Virus record (IMG/VR): IMGVR_UViG_3300026549_000041
Location: 64,001 to 128,000 of that record
Reading direction: 5' to 3' (one strand)
DNA length: 64,000 bases
Source of the DNA: a virus
Lineage: Duplodnaviria > Caudoviricetes
Part shown: positions 1 through 6,391 of the stretch, one piece after another
Layout of the letters: each line of letters starts with the position of its first letter
Position numbering within the stretch: position 1 is the first letter of the stretch
The notes under the pieces: generated by a model
What the model was told of the DNA's origin: nothing
The model's database searches: none
Seen by the model: only the letters and a program-made list of their open reading frames with translations
Translations under genes and position numbers: made by a program

Positions 1-2
1 AC

Positions 3-158
3 GGACATAGCAAGTACGGAATCTACAACAAACAGAAAAAGGAGTTCCAGTTCGGAATCTGCGAAGATACTCCGATGCTTGCAGAGGCTAGGCTTTTTCA
101 GAAAATCGGAGAAGATGCGAAAAAGTGGAAGTTTGAAGTGAGAGAGGTGACAACATGA
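3..158 (+). CDS. partial hypothetical phage protein (5' end outside window)
   Basis: open frame GHSKYGIYNKQKKEFQFGICEDTPMLAEARLFQKIGEDAKKWKFEVREVTT*, ATGA overlap with next gene. Confidence 0.6.
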   Translation, partial: GHSKYGIYNKQKKEFQFGICEDTPMLAEARLFQKIGEDAKKWKFEVREVTT

Positions 159-409
159 GAGCAATTGATGCGGATGCAATTTCATACGAAAGTATAGATT
201 CGTGCGACACTGGAAGACATGAGCATTATTACGGCACTGGCATTATTGCGGTGCGAAAAGAGGATATTGATGCAATGCCCACAATTCAGCCCGAACCGCA
301 CTGGATACCAGTGACGAAAGAAGAAATGTTCAAAGCAGGATATGAGGGCAGAGAAATCAGGTTCCGAGTTGACGGCAGATTATTTGCCATAAGGGAATTG
401 GCACAATAA
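155..409 (+). CDS. hypothetical phage protein containing a DUF551-type N-motif
   Basis: GAGGTG RBS; MRAIDAD...MPTIQPEPHWIPV typical of Firmicutes phage small genes. Confidence 0.7.
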   Translation: MRAIDADAISYESIDSCDTGRHEHYYGTGIIAVRKEDIDAMPTIQPEPHWIPVTKEEMFKAGYEGREIRFRVDGRLFAIRELAQ

Positions 410-421
410 GAGGATAGCAAC

Positions 422-991
422 ATGGGTAAATACAAAGACCTTACTGGAATGAAATTCCACAAATTGACAGTCATTGAACAGGCAGGAAAAGACAAGTATA
501 AAAAGATTCTTTGGAGATGCGTCTGCGATTGTGGAAATGAAACTATCACGCATGGCAGAGATTTGGTAAACGGTCACTGTAAATCATGCGGATGTATTCT
601 GAATGAAAACAGAAGAGAAAATAGTAAATTTAAAGGTTTGGCAGAGACAAGACCATACAGAATTTGGAAGGGGATGATTGCAAGGTGTGATAATCCAAAT
701 AACGAATCGTTTTCGGATTACGGCGGTCGTGGAATCGCAGTGTGTGATGAATGGCACGGAACACAAGGCTTTTTCAATTTTCTCGCATGGGCATTAAACA
801 ACGGATACGCAGATAATTTGACCATTGATAGAGTAAACAATAACGGCAACTATGAGCCGTCAAATTGCAGATGGGCAACAATGGTACAACAGGCAAACAA
901 TAGACGTAGACCTGAAAGGGTAAAAAACCAATATGGTGAATGGGATTATAAGATGCCACTGCCCGAACCTTACAAGGGGGTGACGGAATGA
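422..991 (+). CDS. HNH homing endonuclease
   Basis: [37 protein letters not shown] motifs. Confidence 0.9.
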   Translation: MGKYKDLTGMKFHKLTVIEQAGKDKYKKILWRCVCDCGNETITHGRDLVNGHCKSCGCILNENRRENSKFKGLAETRPYRIWKGMIARCDNPNNESFSDYGGRGIAVCDEWHGTQGFFNFLAWALNNGYADNLTIDRVNNNGNYEPSNCRWATMVQQANNRRRPERVKNQYGEWDYKMPLPEPYKGVTE

Positions 992-1206
992 CCGCACAAG
1001 AAGTCAAAGAATACTACGGGGACACGCCCGAACAGTTTTGCAAAACTCTTTGTCAAAGTTGCACATCTAACGACTGGTACTGCCCGACCTTGTGTAATGA
1101 GTTGGAATGGGTCATGCGGAATTTTGAAAAAGCAGTAGAGCGGATGGCAAAACTTGACGGTGACGAGGTTAAGTTCTCGCAAGGATTGAAAAGGTGGAAA
1201 GGGTAA
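988..1206 (+). CDS. hypothetical Cys-containing protein
   Basis: ATGA overlap and RBS, 72 aa. Confidence 0.7.
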   Translation: MTAQEVKEYYGDTPEQFCKTLCQSCTSNDWYCPTLCNELEWVMRNFEKAVERMAKLDGDEVKFSQGLKRWKG

Positions 1207-1215
1207 GGTGACGGA

Positions 1216-1464
1216 ATGAAATATGTATTAGACATTTGCGAAACAGTCACAAAGTCGCATAGGGTGACTATTGATACAGACAGACCTATCGATGATATTT
1301 GTGACGGAATTGAAAGCTACACACAAAGGCTCATGAGTGTTTGGGATATTCAGTATCTTGATGGTGTGGTTGATTTAGAGATTGTTGAAGATGAAGACGG
1401 AGAGTCTGAGTTTGAAGTTGAGAGCGTGGAGAGAGATTCAGAGGATGATGAGGTGACGGAATAA
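1216..1464 (+). CDS. hypothetical acidic protein
   Basis: AAGGTG RBS, 82 aa. Confidence 0.7.
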   Translation: MKYVLDICETVTKSHRVTIDTDRPIDDICDGIESYTQRLMSVWDIQYLDGVVDLEIVEDEDGESEFEVESVERDSEDDEVTE

Positions 1465-1601
1465 TGCTTAAACTATTAAATCTGCTTATGTTCGTGGCGT
1501 GCATGATAGTTGCAGTGTTGCACTTCCAGCATGGGAATATGTGCACGGCTACAGGAATGGCATCTCTTGGCATAGTAAATTTATTACTGGGAGTGAGGTG
1601 A
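1464..1601 (+). CDS. small membrane protein (45 aa, not in ORF track)
   Basis: TAATG overlap; MLKLLNLLMFVACMIVAVLHF...GIVNLLLGVR has two hydrophobic stretches. Confidence 0.6.
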   Translation: MLKLLNLLMFVACMIVAVLHFQHGNMCTATGMASLGIVNLLLGVR

Positions 1602-1605
1602 CGGA

Positions 1606-1947
1606 ATGAGCATACTTATCAAAGGCATGGAGATGCCTACAAGTTGTGACAAATGCCGATTTTGCGTGAACGGATTTACTGACGATGCGCCGATGTACGA
1701 ATGTGCGGTGCAGAGTTACGAGAATGTATCTGTGTTAGTCGAGAGTGGGGGCAAGCCTTTTGGCTTTCGCCCTGATTGGTGCTCACTAATCGAACTGCCA
1801 CCGCACGGACGGCTGATAGCCGAAAAAACAATCACGGAAATTAGATACCACGATGCTGATGGGTATCATATAGTCAACGGCGAGCAGTTGTGCGAGTTAG
1901 AAATTGATGCAGAGACAGTAATCGAAGCGGAAGGGGAAAGTATATGA
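1606..1947 (+). CDS. hypothetical phage protein
   Basis: MSILIKGMEMPTSCDKC...RPDWCSLIELPPHGRLI, a recurrent phage small-protein pattern. Confidence 0.75.
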   Translation: MSILIKGMEMPTSCDKCRFCVNGFTDDAPMYECAVQSYENVSVLVESGGKPFGFRPDWCSLIELPPHGRLIAEKTITEIRYHDADGYHIVNGEQLCELEIDAETVIEAEGESI

Positions 1948-2036
1948 ACACAACAGAAATCAATATATTTATAACCGCCATTTGTGTAGTGGCAAATGTC
2001 GCTATATTGGTGAAAATTTGGTGGAAATTGAAATAA
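1944..2036 (+). CDS. 30-aa hydrophobic peptide
   Basis: ATGA overlap and RBS; single TM-like segment. Confidence 0.45.
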   Translation: MNTTEINIFITAICVVANVAILVKIWWKLK

Positions 2037-2054
2037 TCGAAGGGAGTGATATGA

Positions 2055-2354
2055 ATGAAAATTGAATTTTATATTCCAAAAGACGAAAAGATACCAACAG
2101 ACCTGAGACTCAAGGTGGATGGCGTTGATGTCTACTATGAGCGGATTAAAGGTGGTTTTCGATTTTATGTTTATGTCAATTCAGACGAAACGGCACTAGA
2201 GATTGTAAAAGCAATCGCAGAACAGATGATTTTTGACCATGACGAATCTCAACACGGTGTTTCGTGGCGTACCGTATCAATGGAAGTCGTAACGGATGAA
2301 TGGGGATTCCGAAGAATTGTTGATTGGAAATACAGAGTGAGAGACAGTTATTGA
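2055..2354 (+). CDS. hypothetical protein
   Basis: GGGAG RBS, 99 aa. Confidence 0.7.
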   Translation: MKIEFYIPKDEKIPTDLRLKVDGVDVYYERIKGGFRFYVYVNSDETALEIVKAIAEQMIFDHDESQHGVSWRTVSMEVVTDEWGFRRIVDWKYRVRDSY

Positions 2355-2367
2355 GGAAGGGAGAGAT

Positions 2368-2523
2368 ATGAACGAAGTACAAAATGAGTTAAATTACAGG
2401 CTTGAAGAGTTATGTTCTTGGATGTACGAGGACGATAAGAGAAAAATGCTTTTGGACTTGCTTGTTGTCATCGGATATTGGAGCGAGTTTGAGTTGAGGG
2501 AAGGAGAGACAGAATGTTTTTAA
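2368..2523 (+). CDS. hypothetical protein (51 aa)
   Basis: GGGAG RBS; open frame MNEVQNELNYRLEELC... Confidence 0.5.
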   Translation: MNEVQNELNYRLEELCSWMYEDDKRKMLLDLLVVIGYWSEFELREGETECF

Positions 2524-2909
2524 CAATTATTACAATGATAGTGGTAGCCGTGGGGGTGACTTTACTCCGCAAGGACGAATACGAAGAAAGAGTCCTTTTT
2601 GGATTAGGTCTTTTGTTTACTGTCGGCGGTGGGCTTATAGCGTTCACCATGGCAATTGGCATTATTTGCGCTCACGTAGGAGTGGATGCCCAAATCGAGG
2701 AGAACAGAATCGAATACGAATCGCTTTGCGAACGTCAGGAAATTATTAACTCAGAATATGAGGATGTGTCCAAGTCTGACGTAATCAAGGACATCGCTGA
2801 ATGGAACAAGAAAGTCTACAATCAGAAGCATTGGGCTTACAATCCTTGGACGAGTTGGTTTTACTCAAAGCGAGTTGCAGATGATATGGAGATGATTGAG
2901 AGGAAATGA
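2514..2909 (+). CDS. membrane protein
   Basis: two N-terminal TM segments, AAGGAG RBS. Confidence 0.75.
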   Translation: MFLTIITMIVVAVGVTLLRKDEYEERVLFGLGLLFTVGGGLIAFTMAIGIICAHVGVDAQIEENRIEYESLCERQEIINSEYEDVSKSDVIKDIAEWNKKVYNQKHWAYNPWTSWFYSKRVADDMEMIERK

Positions 2910-2920
2910 AGAAATAAATT

Positions 2921-3319
2921 ATGAGTGGAAGTATAATATTACTTTTAATAATAATGTGTATTTTATTGTTTTATTATTTAGATAAATTTATAACTTGGGT
3001 ATTATATTTGGACAAAACGACTCCAAAAATAACATTTAAAGCTTTTAAAAAAGTCTATTGTTTATATCCTTCTAAGTGGAGGTTAAGGGATACTTATGTT
3101 GATTACTATCCAAAAAAAGATTGTAATTATATATCTATTGATTTTAAATACTTTCATGATTATCTGTTATATTGTAGATTTAAAAAGAAAATAGAGAAAG
3201 ACCATGATTATGAAAAACAATTGAAAAATGAAAAGGAACTTATTGAATGTCTACAAAAAGATATTGATGCTTATAGGGAAGAGAATCTAAATGAAATAAA
3301 TAAAATTATAAATAAGTAA
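2921..3319 (+). CDS. membrane-anchored hypothetical protein
   Basis: N-terminal TM; first gene of the AT-rich backbone. Confidence 0.7.
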   Translation: MSGSIILLLIIMCILLFYYLDKFITWVLYLDKTTPKITFKAFKKVYCLYPSKWRLRDTYVDYYPKKDCNYISIDFKYFHDYLLYCRFKKKIEKDHDYEKQLKNEKELIECLQKDIDAYREENLNEINKIINK

Positions 3320-3386
3320 ATATTATAAGAAAAAACTAGACAAAATTTGACTCATATGTTATCCTTGCTTTAAGGAGGATTATATT

Positions 3387-3542
3387 ATGATTAAATCAAA
3401 AGAAGAATTAGCAAATAAAATAAAACCATTATGTGAAAAAGTATTATTTGATAAAAAAAATCAAATAGTATTCTTCAACAAATGCAGACTTCTTATAATA
3501 TTCCAACGAAGTAATTTGATGGTAGGGAAAAAACATGAATAA
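3387..3542 (+). CDS. hypothetical protein (51 aa)
   Basis: strong AAGGAGG RBS before ATG. Confidence 0.45.
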   Translation: MIKSKEELANKIKPLCEKVLFDKKNQIVFFNKCRLLIIFQRSNLMVGKKHE

Positions 3543-3562
3543 AAAATATTTGAGAATGGGTG

Positions 3563-3591
3563 TTGACAAATAATATAATGTGTGATATATT
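3563..3591 (+). promoter_or_regulatory. sigmaA/sigma70-type promoter for the tRNA cluster
   Basis: TTGACA-17 nt-TATATT with TG extension, followed by hairpin GTTAAGC-GAAA-GCTTAAC. Confidence 0.75.
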
Positions 3592-3697
3592 ATGTACATG
3601 TTAAGCGAAAGCTTAACAGTTACCTTCCATATTTTTTTAAAACTTTGCAAGGTCTGCCGTTGTACCTCCCGAAAGGGTCAAACAACGGAATTAATAT

Positions 3698-3780
3698 AGC
3701 GGTGTGATGGAAATGGATAGACATGACAGACTTTGACTCTGTTGCCATAAGGCTTGGGGGTTCAACTCCCCCCACCGTTG
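3698..3780 (+). tRNA. tRNA-Gln(TTG) with long variable arm
   Basis: AGCGGTG/CACCGTT acceptor; ACAGA-CTTTGAC-TCTGT anticodon arm; GCC-ATAA-GGC variable arm; GGGGG-TTCAACT-CCCCC T arm. Confidence 0.8.
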
Positions 3781-3785
3781 CTCAA

Positions 3786-3850
3786 GGGACATTAGCAGCA
3801 ATAGTTACAAGCATTTTATCAGGGGTAAAACAAGCGAAAAAGATGTCCTG
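3786..3850 (+). ncRNA. armless anticodon-stem-loop element A
   Basis: GGGACAT-TA-GCAGCAA...TTTTA-TCAGGGG-TAAAA...ATGTCCT-G. Confidence 0.6.
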
Positions 3851-3881
3851 AAATAATTATTAATTATAGGGGAGTGATTAA

Positions 3882-4418
3882 ATTGGAATAAATGAAGAGT
3901 GGAGACCTTTAATTTATAAAGATTTAGATTTATCAGATAGATTTTTAATTTCTAATACTGGTAAATTATATAGTAAAATAAGCAATAAAGTTTTAAAGAC
4001 ATGCATACAAAAAACTGGTTATGAAGCAATATGTGTTTCTCTTGGTGGAAGAGATAAAAAGAAAGTAATTAGAATTCATATAGCTGTAGCATGTATGTTT
4101 TGCGGAGGATATAAAAAAGATTTAGAAGTTAATCATATAGATGGAAATAAATTAAATAATAATAGTAATAATTTAGAATGGATTACTTATAAAGATAATA
4201 CTCATCATGCATATGCGACAGGTTTAGCTAAAGGTCACGGTGAAAGAATGATTAAACAAATTGATATAGATACAGGAGAAGAAATAGCTATTTTTAATAG
4301 TATTAAAGAAGCTCAATTATTTATTAAAGGAAAAATGACAAATAATATTTCTAATGCTGTTCATGGATATAATAAAACAGCTTATGGGTATAAATGGGAA
4401 TTTGTAGATAATAAATAA
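3882..4418 (+). CDS. NUMOD4-HNH-NUMOD1 homing endonuclease (probable ATT start)
   Basis: frame open from 3882: EEWRPL..FLISNTGKLYS (NUMOD4), EVNHIDGNKLNN..NLEW (HNH), FNSIKEA..TAYGYKW (NUMOD1). Confidence 0.85.
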   Translation: MGINEEWRPLIYKDLDLSDRFLISNTGKLYSKISNKVLKTCIQKTGYEAICVSLGGRDKKKVIRIHIAVACMFCGGYKKDLEVNHIDGNKLNNNSNNLEWITYKDNTHHAYATGLAKGHGERMIKQIDIDTGEEIAIFNSIKEAQLFIKGKMTNNISNAVHGYNKTAYGYKWEFVDNK

Positions 4419-4514
4419 TTAGAAATTGAACCTTGCAGTGAAGGTTGTAAAGGATAGAGAACATTTGATTTAGTTCCTGTTCATGAGTTAGGAAGCTGTA
4501 TTTAAAATAAAATA

Positions 4515-4618
4515 TACTACATCATGCCGTATACCATTGGGCGGTGTTATGGAGACTTGCGGTGGAGAAGTTCGAATCTTCTACTGTCCGTGGTACTGAC
4601 ATGATGTAGTAAACCGCA
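4515..4618 (+). ncRNA. long-stem RNA with tRNA T arm but no anticodon arm
   Basis: 12-bp perfect TACTACATCATG/CATGATGTAGTA; inner GGGCGGT/ACTGTCC; AGAAG-TTCGAAT-CTTCT. Confidence 0.55.
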
Positions 4619-4619
4619 T

Positions 4620-4684
4620 GGGATACGAACAGCAAATATATAAAAAAAAGACTGCAAATCTTTTACCAAGAGGTTAGTATCCTG
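4620..4684 (+). ncRNA. armless anticodon-stem-loop element B (Cys GCA loop)
   Basis: GGGATAC-GA-ACAGCAA...AAAGA-CTGCAAA-TCTTT...GTATCCT-G. Confidence 0.7.
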
Positions 4685-4695
4685 AAATAAATAAA

Positions 4696-4755
4696 GAGAC
4701 ACACATAGCAAATTTTTACAAGCACATTCTTTGAAAATGTATACTTTGTGTCCTG
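4696..4755 (+). ncRNA. armless anticodon-stem-loop element C (Gln TTG loop)
   Basis: GAGACAC-AC-ATAGCAA...ACATT-CTTTGAA-AATGT...GTGTCCT-G. Confidence 0.65.
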
Positions 4756-4760
4756 TATAT

Positions 4761-4844
4761 GGGTAGGTATGCCTAGAGGCGAGGGCGGCGGACTGTAAAT
4801 CCGTTACATCAGAAACATCGAAGGTTCGAGTCCTTCCCTGCCCA
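4761..4844 (+). tRNA. tRNA-Tyr(GTA)
   Basis: GGGTAGG/CCTGCCC; GCGGA-CTGTAAA-TCCGT; long variable region; GAAGG-TTCGAGT-CCTTC. Confidence 0.95.
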
Positions 4845-5011
4845 TTAAATGGAAGAAAGTAAATAAGAGTTTTTTAAAAAAATTATGATAATGGGTAGCA
4901 TCATAGTTCAACCTTATTTGTAAAATCTTCTTTTTGAAAAACTTATTGCCTAAAGTTACCTAATTAACTAGAGATGTTTCATTTTAAATTGAATTATATA
5001 AAGGAGATTGA

Positions 5012-5494
5012 ATGCCAATATGTGAAAAATGCAATGAAGAATTTCCAAATTGGATTAAAGTAGATGGTACAATGCATAATCTTAGCAAAAGAAAATATTG
5101 TACTAAGTGTTCGCCTTTTGGAATGCATAATACTAAGAAGTTAGTTCCTAAAAGTTACATATATAAATGTATAAAATGTGGTGATACCAATGAACAAAAT
5201 TTTTATAAAGGACGAAATACTATATGTAAAAAATGCAAGAATAAAGAAACATACGATTTATCTAGAGAGAAAAGAAATTATGCTATTGATTATTTAGGAG
5301 GAAAATGTTCATATTGTGGCTATGATAAATACAGATGTGCATTGGATATACACCATAAAAATCCAAATATAAAAGATAAGGGCTTCGCCAATATGCGACA
5401 TTGGTCTTATGAGAGAATTATAGAAGAGATAAAAGACTGTGTTCTTTTATGTAAGAACTGCCATTCTGCTCTTCATCATGGTGAATTAAAATAG
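5012..5494 (+). CDS. zinc-finger HNH endonuclease
   Basis: multiple CxxC; CSYCGYDKYRCALDIHH...CVLLCKNCHSALH. Confidence 0.85.
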   Translation: MPICEKCNEEFPNWIKVDGTMHNLSKRKYCTKCSPFGMHNTKKLVPKSYIYKCIKCGDTNEQNFYKGRNTICKKCKNKETYDLSREKRNYAIDYLGGKCSYCGYDKYRCALDIHHKNPNIKDKGFANMRHWSYERIIEEIKDCVLLCKNCHSALHHGELK

Positions 5495-5499
5495 TTTTT

Positions 5500-5571
5500 C
5501 GGGGTGTAGCCTAATGGTAAGGCACTTCGTTTGGGTCGAAGGGATTGCACGTTCAAATCGTGTCACTCCGA
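5500..5571 (+). tRNA. tRNA-Pro(TGG)
   Basis: CGGGGTG/CACTCCG; CTTCG-TTTGGGT-CGAAG; complete cloverleaf. Confidence 0.95.
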
Positions 5572-5615
5572 TTGGGGCAGTTCCCCGACATCTCTATTTA
5601 ATTTTTAAGTAGTTA

Positions 5616-5686
5616 GGGATACTGACAGCAATTATTTTACATCGCCAAATCTAAATTAGCACTTGATGTAGGTGCAGAGTATCCTG
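5616..5686 (+). ncRNA. armless anticodon-stem-loop element D (possible CTA loop)
   Basis: GGGATAC-TG-ACAGCAA...GCCAA-ATCTAAA-TTAGC...GTATCCT-G. Confidence 0.6.
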
Positions 5687-5703
5687 TCTCTTCAATTAAA
5701 TTA

Positions 5704-5779
5704 CTTCGCATAGCTCAGTTGGTTTTAGAGCACTTGACTTTTAATCAAGATGTCGAGAGTTCGAATCTCTCTGCGGAGA
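5704..5779 (+). tRNA. tRNA-Lys(TTT)
   Basis: CTTCGCA/TGCGGAG; CTTGA-CTTTTAA-TCAAG; complete cloverleaf. Confidence 0.95.
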
Positions 5780-5785
5780 TTAAAT

Positions 5786-5867
5786 GAAAGATTCAGTAAA
5801 TGGGCTGTAAATGGTTCGATTCCAAAAAACTCTTGGTGAGTAGACGGTTCAATTCCGTAATCTTTCT
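5786..5867 (+). ncRNA. degenerate type II tRNA-like element (possible Ser CGA)
   Basis: GAAAGAT/ATCTTTC; weak TGG-TTCGATT-CCA arm; ACTC/GAGT variable arm; ACGG-TTCAATT-CCGT. Confidence 0.5.
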
Positions 5868-5870
5868 TAT

Positions 5871-5958
5871 GGAAGATTGGCGAAACTAGTAGACGCAGAG
5901 GTCGCTCCTTGGAACATTAGCGCAAATGTTCGTGTTGGTGCAAGTCCAACATCTTCCG
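5871..5958 (+). ncRNA. type II tRNA-like RNA with aberrant anticodon arm
   Basis: GGAAGAT/ATCTTCC-G; D arm; GAGG-TCGCT-CCTT (5-nt loop); 7-bp variable arm; GTTGG-TGCAAGT-CCAAC. Confidence 0.7.
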
Positions 5959-5960
5959 TT

Positions 5961-6108
5961 CCCCTTGTTGGTGTATGTGTTGGGCGAATTTCTAAGAATG
6001 CCTAGGAGTTCTTATTAAATTCCATAGGAACACAGGATGGAGTTAACCACCATTTTATAGCATAACCCATGTGGTGTGGGATGGAGTAGTTCGAATCTGC
6101 ACAAGGGT
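5961..6108 (+). ncRNA. about 150-nt tRNA-like RNA with large multibranch insert
   Basis: CCCTTGT/ACAAGGG closing stem, GTAG-TTCGAAT-CTGC T arm, internal hairpins. Confidence 0.5.
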
Positions 6109-6113
6109 GTTAT

Positions 6114-6186
6114 TGGGGATTACCCAAGCGGTTATGGGGCTGTTCTTATAAAGCAGTTGCGGTGAGTTCGACTCTCACATCCCCAA
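6114..6186 (+). tRNA. tRNA-Ile(TAT)
   Basis: TGGGGAT/ATCCCCA-A; CTGTT-CTTATAA-AGCAG; GTGAG-TTCGACT-CTCAC. Confidence 0.9.
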
Positions 6187-6391
6187 CTAAAAAATCGGTC
6201 TATCTGGTCTTCGGACTCAAAAGATAGTAAAGCAAAGGATACGTCCTTAAAATATAACAATCATAAAAAACGGTAGTTGAAATACTAGTTAAGTAGACTA
6301 TTTTCACATAACACTTAATCCAGCTTGGAGATTGTTTGTGTGCCTTTATGAGTGGTATGTGAATTATATAATAGAAAGTTGGTGTTGCAAA

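Larger units (their letters stand above)
144..1609 (+). repeat. gene-junction motif RRGGTGACGGAATRA
   Basis: copies at 977, 1205, 1450, 1595; variant GAGGTGACAACATGA at 144. Confidence 0.8.

Noticed and set aside
5572-5600. Theta/HDV-like ribozyme after tRNA 3' ends
   Set aside because: Only a small GGGG/CCCC hairpin is present; I could not build the nested double pseudoknot here or after the other tRNAs.
3786-5686. CRISPR array interpretation of the repeated GGGAYAC..GTRTCCTG elements
   Set aside because: Copies are degenerate, irregularly spaced and self-pair around the variable part; there is no repeat-spacer periodicity.
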